Below, in pieces: positions 12,896 to 26,658 of a stretch of 64,000 nt of DNA. The notes beneath the pieces are model-generated. The model had not been told where the DNA came from, did no database searches, and worked only from the letters and a program-made list of their open reading frames with translations. This DNA is from Nageia nagi. Lineage: Eukaryota; Plantae; Pinophyta. Every line of letters starts with the position of its first letter. Position 1 is the stretch's first letter. The stretch lies in the NCBI GenBank assembly GCA_050084985.1, contig JBITNC010000002.1, positions 18,724,001 through 18,788,000 on the forward strand, read 5' to 3'. The translations under genes were made by a program, and so were the position numbers.

Positions 12896-13652
12896 TATTG
12901 ATACTTAATTTTGGTTCCCCCTAAGGTGGTCCTTCTTAGGTGTTATACTATATTGATTTTATATCATACTATTGAAATTATTCTTGGTCTTTTCTCATGT
13001 AATCTTCTTATTTTTATGCTAGGTACCTAAGTGTCAATGCTAGCATTCTCAAAGGAAAATTAGAGGATATATTGTATATAAAAAGGTAAGTATGATTGCA
13101 AAGAAAGTTATAGGGATTTCACATCTTGATACCTAGTACCACTTCAAAGTTTAGGTGTTTCTTAATGTCTTCTATTGACATTTGGGTCTCATTACCATGA
13201 ACATATTTGTTATTCTATACTTTGTAATTATATGTTTGGTTTAACTTATCAATCTTCTGATGTATTTTATCCTTGGTGAAAAACTCTACTCAATTAGATG
13301 TATGGTATCCATGCTATTGTGCACTCATATTATTGTTTAGGAACTAGAATTTATGTTGTTATAAGTATCCATGCTATCATTATTTTTGTTGTGCTTCATG
13401 GGGTTCACACATCAAGGTAACTTATCTTCAGCAAGTTCATATGTATATATAGTGTATGTGCTTTGTTATATTGATAAAATAATATGTTATTTAATTGTTA
13501 ACTTTATAATTAACTCATTTTTTTATTTCTTATTATTTATATTATCTATATGTTTATCTGAGTTAAATAATTATGATAATACGTAATTGCATGTTAAGTA
13601 TTTTACCATAATGTCTACATAGGTTATCTTAGTGGTCACTAAAAACACTACA
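12896..13652 (+). repeat. 5' LTR (~757 bp)
   Basis: Colinear, diverged match to 25550-26658 apart from the MITE insertion in the 3' copy. Confidence 0.8.
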
Positions 13653-15778
13653 ACATATAACTTCCTAGTGTTTTATAGTATATTTTTCTCTTAATTATTA
13701 TTGGAAGTACATGGTATTGAACTTAGACTAGATTCTATTGCAATATCGAACTTATTAAAGGTCCTATTCACACATTATGTTCCAAAGTTGTTCTTTATTA
13801 CTAGCAATGAAAATATGCATATTTTTTATGAGCCTACTAACCCTACAGTTAAGAAATATCCCAAGAGAAGAAAAATTTCTAGAATACATATTACTTTTTG
13901 AGATTAAACATAGAGTGAGAGAATCTATAAGAAGCATCAGGTTGCTAAATCTAAGGACCAATGATAAAGGATTTTGTTGATGACAATCATTTAGATAGGG
14001 AAAGTATGATGGGAGGATCTAATAGCTTAGGAAAGACCATATATCAGGGGAATATTAAACCAATATTGAAGATCCAAAAATTCTAATAGGTTAAAATATC
14101 CCTCACATATCAATTGAGGTGGATCTTATTACACAAATTAGTGATGATGATATTTTCAAGAAATTCATGAGTTCTAGAGAAAATAGGTACAAGTTTATCA
14201 AGTTGCTCACAAAGTTACCAGTTGAAAACAAAGCTTATTTCATTGAAGTTATTGAACAAGATGTAAAGGTTATTAAATAATGAAAATTATGAAATGATAG
14301 TTTACTTTAGGAGCATGAACCTCCTTATAACATGACTCTTACTCTAGCTGAAAAAAAATTTGGATTCTTTACAAATAAATCTAAGGTTGCATAAGGTATC
14401 ATACCTTTTATTATAAAATATCATAACATAGATGATCATGACAATAATAACTCCATCCCTAACATGAATGCTAGTTGATTGATAATTTATGATGAAGTGA
14501 TTCTACTAGCAATCCCTGAACCTATAGTAAAGGTCAAAATTCATTAAGAAGATATGGTTGAAGTTAGTGATATTAGCACAAATGCTATTTTTAGTATAAC
14601 ATCAAAGGAATTACTTTATTAGGAAGCTCAAGAAAATTTAGAGAACATAGGTAATCATGTGGAAGAGACATCATCCTGAATAGAATTGTAGATGGTTATT
14701 TAGGTTGGTTAAATTGAAGAACTTGATGAATATGACAATGGAATAGTATAAAAAGAATGTGAAACAAAGGATCTAGAAAAGTATGCTAAAATCAATAAAG
14801 TATTAGAAGAGTTTGATATACCATTTCTAGGTTTGTCAAAAGAGGATAACTAGATTAAATCATGATTTCTCCATTCTAAATAAATAATTAAAGTTAAAGA
14901 AATTAATATATATCAAAAGATTGAGTATTATAAAGGATGGATTAAGAAAATAAAACATCATTATGAGACAAAGAAAGAAAAAGTTCAACCAAAAGGTAAG
15001 CAACCTGCTAGGTATACCATGACAATTGAAGATGAGTTACAATATGAAAATAACTAATTGGACAAATTGCTTTCTCAAATAATGTAACTAATTAATAAAT
15101 GGACTCAATAAGTGGAAGACATCAAATGTGCAAAATTATTCTAGTGCAATAGAGAAAATATGCTCATATTGTCTCACAAAGGTAGATATTAGCTTATGAA
15201 TGCCACTTTGCAAAACCTTATTCATGATACTAATGCAAGAAGAGGAGCCTTTGAATTCATTAGGTTGCATCATCATATTCCAACATATGAAGAAGGAAAA
15301 AGTTGAGATCAACCAAAGGGACTAGTTAAGTAAACTATTTCGGAGAACGTTAACATACCAATTGTAGAAAAAGTACATAAAGTGACACATGTTGATGATC
15401 TACAAGAGAGAATAAATAAGCTTAATCAAGAAATCATAGAAATGGAAATAGTGCAACATTTGCAACTCCAAAGAAATGAAGATAACAATTCACTATACAT
15501 AAGAATAAGATCAAAGATATTGAACATAAAAAGGCTCTCAAATTTACAAAATATAATGCAACCAATGATCCAAACTTGCATTTATGTGTTTACTTAGATG
15601 AGGGATCACTAATCACAATGGATGAAGATTTGTAAGCAAATTTGTTCTCTTTATCATTAACATGAGATGCTATTTCATGATTTTCTAGATTACCTCATTA
15701 TAGTATTGAGAATTTTGGACAACTCAAATCTATTTTTTTAAGCTTTTATCAAATCTACATTTGCATAGGTAAATGAAT

Positions 15779-16912
15779 ATGGGTCCATTTTATGGCCAAA
15801 AAGTGGACATTTTTCTTTGATTTTCAATTTGGTCCCAATTGATCTCAAAATTTGAAGCATTCAAAGATGGATTCTTAAAAGATCACCTTGATAAAAATGT
15901 AGTGCTCTAAGTTTAGTTTTCAAATACGTAATGTATTCCAATACCAATATGATAGAATTTAAATTTTGATAGACATGTATAACAATCACTATTTAAAATT
16001 TATTATTTTAGGATCATACCAATAATTGTTGGACCCGCATAATTTGACATAAACTAAAGTTTTTTTAAAAATCCTTTTGGGAAAAGATAATTAAGACATT
16101 GAAGAATGTTGAGAATATTTTTTCTTAATTTTTTGATTAATTATTTATTGGCCCTAATTATGTGTTTTAAAAGCACTTTTGTTAAGATCCCGTAAGTTGA
16201 ACTAAACTTATCCTTTTTTAGATTTTTTTTATTTAGTAGAGAATTATATGTAGAATGTTATCATATTATATTTTTTTCACAATAATTAAAAAAATTATTA
16301 AAACAATAAAAAAATCCACTTTTTCATGTTTATGGATAATTTTGAGTGAAAATTAATTGAAAAAAAGAAAATATAATCCAATTGTAATAAAAATAAATAT
16401 TTGAAATCTGCACTCTCTCATGTGTAATGAGTTTTAGTTTCATAAAAATATTATATAAAAAATATTATCAAATACACGTTCAAATTCATTTTTTTCTATT
16501 TCCATTAATACAAACATGCATGCACATATCCAAGGTTGAGAATTAGATCACCATACCTCTCTAGAGCTAAAAGACAAGTCAAACACCAAGGGAAATAAAT
16601 TTAAAATTTGGAACAAAATCTTGTTATAAAATGGTATAACAATGTGAACAAGATCCTATTATATATAGAGATCCCATTATTTACAGTATAATGAATCCAT
16701 GTGAAAAGGAATGGGATCCTGTTTTGCATGAATTTGTAGTTTTTCAAAATGGGATCCTATTTTGGTTTAGTTCCTAAACTATATATCCAAATCTTGTTTT
16801 CATTTTGGATCAAGGACTTGAAATAAAATAGGATCCTAATTTTTGTAACATAGGATTCCATTACATTCAAAATATTTTTAAGTCCTCCCATTTGCACTTT
16901 TAGTGGACCCAA
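15779..16912. mobile_element. Non-autonomous DNA-transposon-like insertion (hAT-like ends) splitting the gag remnant
   Basis: Ends TGGGTCCA...TGGACCCA resemble the MITE at 25618. Repeated subterminal GGATCC/AGATCC motifs at 16650-16860. Gag-like sequence lies on both sides. No clean TSD seen. Confidence 0.45.
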
Positions 16913-17119
16913 CTTATTGCATTCACCCATTCCTAAAGAAGCTATATTCAATGATTTAATGCATGTCAAGTAGTGATTAGGATAGTATATTGAATAAATC
17001 ATCAACTATTAGATAAGAATGAAAAATTAGGTATTTATGGATTATGATATAAATATTATAGCATTTATTGAATCTCTACAACAAAAGTATAAAATTGAAT
17101 GCTTTGAGTATCATAAGTT

Positions 17120-20100
17120 GCCATTAGATAAATTTCTTTAGTCTATAATTAAAAAGAAAGTTTTCACATCCTATGTGGTCAATGGAAATTATCCAAAATG
17201 GGTCATATGAATGAGTAAAAAATATCATTATAGTGAGGCTTAATGGAATTGAAGGATTCCATAACCAATATTGTCTTGAAGCTTCTCCAATAAATCTAAC
17301 ATCTAACCATTTAACTAAGAAAGAGTCAATCACACAAATGAGAACACATAATGTATAGTGGTTCCTCCAAATCTTGGTATTATGTCCACTTTGAACCATC
17401 ATTCTATTACTTCTCAAAATGTAACTCTTCTACAAATTCACAAGAATTTTTCTACAAAGTTCCTAAAAGAACATTCCTACAACTCTACAATACAAGCATT
17501 ACCAATGTTCTATATTCCATAATGAGAGGGGTATACCTCTCTATTTATAAGATGAAACCCACTCTTTAACATTCCTTTTACATAAGGGTTTAAGTTTAAA
17601 GGTGTTTCTATATTTATTCTTCTTTATATATTTATTCTCCTAATGCTTTACAGTATCCAAAGACACTTTAAGTATTAAAGGAATTTACATTAAAGAGAAA
17701 TATTACACAATATTACATTACAATTTCCAACAAGGATTTTATGAATTCTCATCCTAGGGTGGTGTTTGGAGCATTTCCCTCATGGTCTTGAGGAGTTATA
17801 ATATCTTGAACCTATCACAAAATAGATTAGTCATATTTGTGGAGGCATAACATTTGATAGAGAAATCCAATTGCATTGTTTATTTTTTCATTGGATGATT
17901 GTTGAAGATACCATTTAAACAAGTATACATGCATGCCTACCTTTGTGGAAGATTTGACTTTCATAAGAGATGTTCTCATCAAAAATATCCTTATCCAAAA
18001 TACTACCTATGGAGCATCCATTTCATGCTAATAGTTAAATTAGAGCATTAATACCATACAAATAGTGGAAAATTAGGGAAGGTAAAGCATCATGGATATT
18101 TCATGGAGGCAGATAAAGTGAAAGGTCATCAAAAGGAAAAGAGATAGACTAAAAAAAGAAAAAAAGGAAGAGAAATAAAAGATAAGAATAAGGGTGAAAA
18201 TTATGAGGAAGTGGGGTGTATCCACTTTTATGGAAGGTTACAACCATTATTAGAGCAAAACTTGTTATTGTTAGTGAATAAATACTACAATTGAAAAGAT
18301 TGTTGTGACTGCATGGAAATCCAAAAATGTGGAGTAAGTAGTCAAGAAGATTCTTCTCCTAATTTTCATGGATGCTATTAGTTTGGTAGACAACATAATA
18401 TCTTACTAATTAGTATCCAATGTAATAAACTTAGTGTAGGTTAAATAATATTATAGTTAATCTATGTTATCTATTTCTTATTATATTATTCATGCATTGA
18501 GTAGACTTCATAGTGTTGTAGTGGAAATTACATTATGTGGGGGCACACTATATTTGTAGGAGGTATGATATGTGAGTCTAATTCATGTATGTAATCCCAT
18601 TTATTCATTATAATCATAGAGGGAGATAATGGATAGTATAGAAAACCTTCTTGGTGTATTGGAAGATTGATTTGAGAAGCTTATATAAATATTTTAGCTA
18701 TTTGTTGAGATTTATCACTAATGAGAGGTTGGGAGTAGTGCTAGAAGCATAGGCAAGCATTGATACTCAAACTAGAAATTAAAACATTCTCAAAATAATA
18801 GCATCAATGTCATATTTGAAAAGTAGGAAGGCCACAAAGATCATTGCAGTAGTGAAAAATATAGTTTTGAGTTGTATAAAATATTGGTAGCTTAGGGACC
18901 ACTATGTACAAACACCTAGTTTTATGATTTTGGCTTCCAATTCGTTGATCAATAATAAAATTAGAGATTAAAAGGGGATGTAGTAGCATATTGAGAAGAA
19001 TATGTATAAATATTTATTTTATTTACATGGATGCACATTATTTATTACTTATATATTGATATTGGTGCATATTAAGAACATTTAGAGCATAAAGATAGAT
19101 GAAAATATATTTTAAATTTGTATTTAAGGATTCAAGTATGCTATAATCATCCAGTGATTACAAATCATATGGTATCGAAGGTAGTTGAGATTTATTTAAG
19201 ATTTTATAATCCACTACAATAAGACTTGGAGTTCTTAAATCCATCAATAAGGTGTAATAATGTCAAAAAAATAGGTATAACATAATGTGGAAAGAGGACA
19301 CAAGTTCAGATTTGTTCATATTTGGAGATATAGATTCTTAATTTTTTATAAGAATTTAGAGATAAAATTCCTCCTTATTTGGGAGGTGTCATTAAAAATG
19401 GATCATATGATTAATTTTAAAATATCATTAGAATGGGGATTTTTTATCAATTCTCATTCATGGGTGGTTTTGAGCATTTCCCTCATGGCCTTGTGGAGTT
19501 ATCATATCTTTAACCCATCATAAAATAAATTATTCATCTTGGGGAAGGTATAAATATTAATAACTACATCTAATTAAGTTTATTATTTTTACATTGGATG
19601 GTAATTGAATATACCCTTATAACAAGTATATGCATGCCTACCATTGTAGAACGTTTGACCATTATAATAGATGTTTTCCTAAGAACTATTCTTATCCAAA
19701 ATACTACATTTAGAGTGTCTATGTTGTGCTAACACTCAAAATAGAGTACCGATGCCATGTAAACAATGGAATTCAAGGTAGGTAAAGCATCATGGAAACC
19801 TCATGGAGGCAAATAAAGAAAAAATTCACTAGAATACAAATATATGGATTCAACAATAGAAAATGAATCTTGAAGAATCATTTGGAAAAAAAGAAGAAAG
19901 AAAAAAAGGGAGAGAAAGAAAAGTGAATAAGAAGGATGGAGATTATGAGAAAGAGGAGTGTAGTAACTTTTATGGATGGTTGCTACCATTTTTGTAGAAT
20001 ACCATGCTATTGTTAGTGAAAAAATACTACCATTGAAGAGATTATTATGACCACATGAACATCCAACAAGGTGGAGGAAGTCTTCAAGGCACTTCTTCTT

Positions 20101-20565
20101 CTCATTACCATGAATGCTACTAGTTGGGTGGACAACATCATACCCTACTAATTAGTATGTAATATAATAACCTTAGTTTAGGGTGAATAATATCATAATC
20201 ATTTTATGCTATGTATTTCTTATTATATTTTTCATATATTGAGTGGACCTCATAGTGTTGTATTGGCAATGGCATTATGTGGGAGGTATGATATGTGAGT
20301 CCAATACATTTATGTAATACCATATGTTCATTATAATCTTAAAGGGATATTTTAGGTATTCTAGAAAACCTTGTTGTTATTTTGTAAGAATTATCTAAAA
20401 GGATTATGAAGTATTTGAACTACTTCTTGATAGCACTCACTGATGAGAGGTCAAGAGTAGAGTTGGGATTATATGCCAGCATTGATACTAAACCAAAAAT
20501 GAAAACACTATCAAAAGAACAACAATGATGATATAGTTACAAAGAAAGAATAACACAAATTTCAA
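17120..20565. repeat. Diverged ~1.25-kb direct repeat pair (~17120-18845, which contains a solo LTR, and ~19320-20565)
   Basis: Colinear shared blocks, e.g. GAGCATTTCCCTCATGG (17770/19473), GGTAAAGCATCATGGA (18081/19781) and GGAGGTATGATATGTGAGTC (18559/20282). Confidence 0.85.
17241..17732 (-). mobile_element. Solo LTR (copia-like, 492 bp)
   Basis: Termini TAATGGAA...TTCCAACA (decayed TGTTGGAA inverted repeat). TSD AGGCT/AGGAT. Absent from the sister repeat copy (~19435). CTATTTATA gives a minus-strand TATA. Confidence 0.8.
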
Positions 20566-22049
20566 AGATAAAAAAGAGGATAAATCAATATATACAGAGT
20601 ATCAAACCTTCCCTAGAAGAAAGTTCACTCCAATTTTTGTAGATATTAATGAAGTAGTCAATTAATTGTTCAAGAAAAAATTACTTGAACAACTATCAAA
20701 ACCTCAATCAGCTATATTTTAAAGCAAGGGTTGTTAGTGAGTCTAATTTAAATAAAATATGTGAATATCACTAGTAGCAAAGGTATGCAACCAAGTACTG
20801 CATACCATTACTTCATAAAACTAAAGATTTGATTGATTAAAATAAGGTTCACCAAAAGACAAAATGGGTTCCAAAGAGAAGACAAAGATAAATTAAAAAC
20901 CAAATAAGCTGGAAGGACCTAAACATGAACAAAGTAAGAGCATGGGGATTTTCAACAACCCTTTTTCCAACTTTTCATCCACAAATTTTGTAAGTGGATT
21001 CACTCCTACACATCAAAAAGTTACTAAATATTGATCCTGTAATTTTTATTGTTAATTTTATTTATATATCTAATATCTTGTTTTTGTGTTTTATTTACTT
21101 TTATTTTTCTTTCTTTATTTTTAATGTTAGCATTGCAATTTTTTTTTTTTGTTATATCATTCCTATCAGGGGCATATCTTGATGTTGTCTTTTTCTTCTA
21201 ATGACCTATTTTCTTCAACATCACTGCTGATACAAGCACTTGTGCTAGTATTCTTATATTTTCTAACAAAATAATTTATTTGTTCAATTTGTATACACAT
21301 GTAGAATGTTAATTTTCCACTTATAATTTTAATTTGACAAAGCTAATTATAAAAAACTCAAACTTGTACACATTGACAATTTTTTACTCGGTTGGGTGAG
21401 TTAAGTTTTTCTTGATTGTGATTTTTTGTTTACTTTAAAAATTTAAGAGGATGATCTCTTAGAGATAGAGAGGCCATAAGCAAGCCTCTTTCTTATCTAT
21501 CACATTAGCTCCAGTGCTAGGATTCCTAATATTTTACTTGCATAGTCAATCCTTTTCAGGATTGGTTTTAGGAATAGGTTATTGCATATGCAAAATTATG
21601 ATTACTATATCCAAATTGTTCAGTTTTGAACCTATAGACATATGTGATAATTTAGTATAAGCTTAAACATAATTTATCATATATCATAAATTTTATAAAA
21701 TTAGAATAGTATTTAGTTAACTCAAATAAATAAGCTTAAGTTTCATACCTGGGTCCTTAAAAGTTCAAATGCAAACTTTGGTCCCTCTTAGGTTTATTTT
21801 TTAAAAATAGGATCCATTTTTAAGCTTTGAATCTAGATCATATACTAGTAAAAGCATTAACAGTCATAAAATTTAAGACATACATACATATTGTTGTACT
21901 TGTTATTAAAAAACATAAAACCTAAAAAAAATAATACAAACATCTAAATAGCAAAGCGGCCAAACACAATAAAAAAAATATATAAAATGCATACAATGTG
22001 ATGTGAGAATAACAATCAAGTATAACTCCTCAATTTTCCCTGTACTAGA

Positions 22050-23990
22050 CTAGATAGTGGTACCATGATTACTCCTTGAGCTCCTACACCAAGATATTAT
22101 TCTAGATAGAATGAATCTCTTTACCCTAGTTTACTTCTAATGAGTTATATGTTGTGATTGCAAGTTTCCTTTTTTATTTCACAAATATTGAATTTATTTT
22201 CTATGAGCTAACACATGATCCATCATTCCAATAAATTATTTGTTATCTTATACTTCTTACAACTATCTTAAGGTCTCTTGGGCTTGATCTAAGCCTATGA
22301 GTCTCATCTTCTTTGGTCTTCTTTGTAGCCTTCTTGACCTCCAAATTTAATTTTATTTTATCTATGATAATAATAAATATGTGTGTTAGTATATTGGCAT
22401 ATTTTTGAAACTAATAAATATGTGTGTTAGTATATTGGCATATTTTGAAACTAACTTTCAAGTATAAGGAAGTTCTACTTACTGATCTTATTCTCCAATT
22501 GCTATTGTGAATGAGAAAATGGATTAGCTTTAGTTGGATCTCCCCATCCATCTTTATGTGTGGTATCCTCTTTTTATACATTGTATTCATAGTAAAAAAT
22601 GATCACATGGGGTTGCTTATTATCCTATTCATCCTCTCCCTCACCGTGTTCCTCATCCCCTTCTTTCTATTCCTCTTCCTTATCAGACTCACCTTCGGTC
22701 ATCTTTTCCAAAGCCTATACTGCATATATACCAAGTGTGATAGGTCTCATGTTAGCCAACCAAGTAAATTATATTTGATCATAAGGAGTTCCATCCCTTA
22801 TATCCTCCTCACCATCACTATCACTTCCTAATCCATATTCATTAGGAGCCTCCTAGTTCGCCTTTCACATTGGTAATACCTCATAGCACTATGGGTCATA
22901 CATCTTATTCCTTTCCATTCGAATCATAAGTCTATATGCTGCATGCATCCCTTTGCTCTTCCCAAGATGTTGCATAACTCACTTCAATCTATAGGAATCC
23001 ACAAAATTCTTCTTAGTCTACAAATAGCATGGAGTGCGATGCTATCCTAATTCACCCTTGGGTTCATTTAGCCAATAAGGTAGAGTAACATATGATCTAT
23101 ATATCACATCTCATAAAAACATAAATCATATAGAGTGTTAGTATTGCATCAACCAAAACCTTTGAAAATTAGCAACCAATTTTTAATATGACATGTTACC
23201 ATTAACTAGACCATCCATGATCTTACACCATGCTTCCACACCTTTGTGTTTCCTTGTGAGCCTCCCATGCTTGACCCACATATACCATGTAGGATTATCA
23301 TCTAACATACTAGCTAATGTAAGTTCTCTTGGCCTACATACTCAAATATGTTCATAATCCTAACATTGGAGAATAAATGAATGAGCCACCCTTTTACCAC
23401 TCTTTTGTACCATAACATAATTATGTAAGTCATGATACAATTGGACCATGATGTATAGTACCAAAGTATATCTCATTCTTTGGCACATATAAAGAATGAA
23501 ATATACCATGCTAAGTAGGAATACCTCTTAATTCTTATCTTGGTGAATAGTACTATTAATGTAAGTTACCATAATCAAGCAAAACCTCCCAAGATTCTTC
23601 ACCTTCGTTCTTAAAGCTCGATGTAAGAATGATCCTTTCTTACTCTCATGATATTATCCCATACCTATAAGCCATGTAACTAATTTTTTATTTTTTTTTT
23701 CTATCATTCATCCCCTCATGAATGTATATAGGTATACCCTTCATAGGTACTTAAATTATCTTATCCATAAGCAAGTGTAAAGTATTTGTTATTTTTGACC
23801 ATCTCTTGATCAAAGTTGTAAGTAAATATCAGTCTACATATACATAGGGGACCTATAGAATATATACCATCCCCACATGATTGAGTGAGACTATCTCATC
23901 TATCATCCACCTGGTATACCAATCCTAAGATTTCATCCAACTCTTCAATCATGCCTCTAACTCTAAAAATTGATGATATTGCAACAATGA
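22050..23990 (-). pseudogene. Plant mobile domain (PMD, aminotransferase-like; MAIN/MAIL family) pseudo-ORF carried antisense inside the gypsy element
   Basis: Minus-strand translation GMVYIL*VPYVYVD*YLLTTLIKRWSKITNTLHLLM (cf. LxTALVERWxxETxTFHLP), RYTLVLYIMVQLYHDL (cf. YAWGxxxLAxLY) and ILQC*DYEHI*VCRP (cf. LLQxWxYEH), followed by an acidic/coiled-coil tail at ~22050-22700. Confidence 0.8.
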
Positions 23991-25549
23991 AAAATAAACG
24001 TACACATCAATATTTTATTACATATGTTTGTATAATCTCAAGAAATTTTTTTTTATTTAATAATGTAATGCTTTAAATCATATCATAAGTATACACATGC
24101 CACTATCCTAAGACTACAACTTGACTATTATCTTAGCATCAATACCTATACCAGAACTCATGCAAAGTTTCTTTAATCCATTCCCCATGTAACTTGTGGG
24201 CAACTAATCAAAAATAATAAAATATAATTTAAAAAAATTTATATGTAAATTTACTAAGTTTTTGTTGGCCAAAATATAAGCACTAGCCTTTCAAAATCCT
24301 AGGTTCCCAAACCCCACAATTTTGAGCTAAAATTCCAAATAAATCACCAAAAATATTTACCATTAATTACATGAAAAGTTTAATGGACTAGCCACATGTT
24401 TAGATATCTGATTGTGGTAGAGTAGGTAAGCCTAATGGTTTTCTTGGTCAAAAATGTTTATCTTTACACCTTAAAAACCATACTAAATTTCAAATTATGA
24501 TTAAAATATCAAATAAAATACAAAAATAATTAATAAACACCTTACCTATAGGGTGTAATGGCCTTCATCCATAGTTCCAATCTCACTCTTTGCTCATAGA
24601 CCGGACCAAGCCTCTTAAATTATGCAAATGAAAATGATAAGCTAATTAATCTATTTAAACTAGAAATTAGGATACAATTAATGAGATACCCTTTAAAAAT
24701 TTTGATATCCCATTTTCATAATGCTTAGATTAGTAAAACTTAACCTTTTAAATGTAAGGTATGCTAACCAAATAAATTTAAGACCTTATTACTCAAACAT
24801 CCTTAGCTCTAATGCTATCACTTGCATCCATTCCTATGTTAGGCCTAAGACTTATATATGTAACTATATATCATAGATAATCATTGCATTGAATTTTGTT
24901 TAAATGTGCATGTTTTGAAGGCTAATAAATGGATTACATAAGTTTTAGTATAAGGGTTTGACAATGATATAGGGGTGTTTTGATTTCCTGATCATGTTAT
25001 TCCCAACACGTTCTTGCGTCAAAAGCATTAGCTATTTGTCAAGTAGGTAATTTTCAAATCATATATGTATATTACAACCAGGAAAGATCCATCTAATCCA
25101 TGAAAGATCCATCTAATCATTATGATATATGGATATTATGTTAATTTCATCCTTCATCTTTATTTCTAATCATTTATGATCAAATATTATGTATGAGTCC
25201 ATGAATAGGATGCTTGGTTCTATAGTGATAATTTTTATCCATGAATAGGGAATCAAGTATTTCCATGATGATATAATGTACTTTTGATGATTATTGTTAT
25301 ATATATGTTTGGAAGGTGATATTTTTTGTCTCCTTTTTCATATAATTCTTTACTCTTGGTTGTTCTCATATCATGGATAGTCATTCCACTTCAAAACTAA
25401 GGAAAAGAGGGGGTAGCATATATCATCAATCCTTGATGATCAGACAGTTTTGCAATAAAACCAAGTAAGTATACAATTTTTCTTCTCATTATTCTTTACT
25501 TTCTTTGCAAGCATAATTTCATTTCATTATACTTGCAAAGGGGGGAATC

Positions 25550-26658
25550 TATTGATACTTAATTTTGGTCCCCCCAAAGTGGCCCCACTTAGGTGTTATG
25601 TTATATTAATCTTATATTAGGGTTCATTTTAGCCATAAATATTTGTTAATAGATGAATTTTAAGGATCCTCAATATTGGAAATGGCTATTTTTGGGACTT
25701 GAAAAAAGGTCCAATTCGCCCAAATTTTCAATTTTTTTTTTTAATTTTATGAGCTGAATTGCCAATATTTTAAAGTTTTTTTTTACAAAAATAGCCATTA
25801 TTTTTTCAAAAATTACAAATAATTATTCATATTTTTAAAAATATTTTGAGCTATATTTGCCATAAATTTTCTAAGGGAGGTTTGTGGAGGGGATCCTAAA
25901 ATGGACCCTATCTTATATCATATTGTGAGAGTTATTCTTGGTCCTTTTACATGTAATAATCATATTCTTATGCTAGGTACCCCAAAATTGGTGCTAGCCT
26001 TTGTAAAGGGAAATTGGAATAAGATATATTGCATATATAAAGGTAAGTATTATTGTAGAATAAGTTATAAACATTTCACATCTTGATAGCTAGTACCAAT
26101 TACAAGTTTAGGTATTTACTAACACCACTTATTGAGATTGAGATCTAATTACCATGAGCATATCAATTATTACATATTTTCTAATTATATGTTTTGCTCG
26201 ACTTATCGATCTTTTGTTGTGTTTAATTTATGGTAAAATATACTTGACAATATTCCTAGAATTTGTGCTATCATGCATGCTTGTGCTATTTTTAGGACCT
26301 AGCATCTGTATTATCATCCTTTTTATTATGCTCGATCAAGTTTGCACATCAAAGTCACTTATATTTTGCAAGTCCCTATTTGCATATAATTGGCTTCTCC
26401 CAGGTAAAGATTTACATGTATTTATCTATCACTTAATCCCTTTCTCTTTATTGCATGTGCTTTATTATCTTGGTATCTTGATCCAATAATATATCATTTC
26501 ATTATTATATTTATAATTAGGTTATTATTTATTTCCTATTATTTTTGTTATTTATATATTTATCTATGTCAAATGACTTTGATAATATATAATCATATGT
26601 TAACTATTTTACCATAGTTTCTACATAGGTTATGCTAGGGGTAACTAAAAACACTACA
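25550..26658 (+). repeat. 3' LTR containing a MITE
   Basis: Follows the PPT and matches 12896-13652. Confidence 0.8.
25618..25910. mobile_element. hAT-type MITE (293 bp)
   Basis: 15-bp TIRs TAGGGTTCATTTTAG / CTAAAATGGACCCTA (1 mismatch). Perfect 8-bp TSD TCTTATAT (25610-25617, 25911-25918). Empty site in the 5' LTR at ~12957-12966. Confidence 0.92.

Larger units (their letters stand above)
12896..26658 (+). mobile_element. Ty3/gypsy (Tat/Ogre-like) LTR element with gag remnant, no detectable pol, antisense PMD ORF and nested insertions
   Basis: Paired LTRs 12896-13652 and 25550-26658 (TATTGATACTTAATTTTGGT...AAAAACACTACA). PPT AAAGGGGGGAA ~25537-25547. Retrotrans_gag motif LFSLSLT*DAIS*FSRLPHYSIENFGQLKSIF at ~15640-15740. 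Confidence 0.75.

Noticed and set aside
22371-22454. 41-bp tandem duplication (also a 20-bp duplication at ~25082)
   Set aside because: Real but ordinary slippage duplications inside TE DNA.
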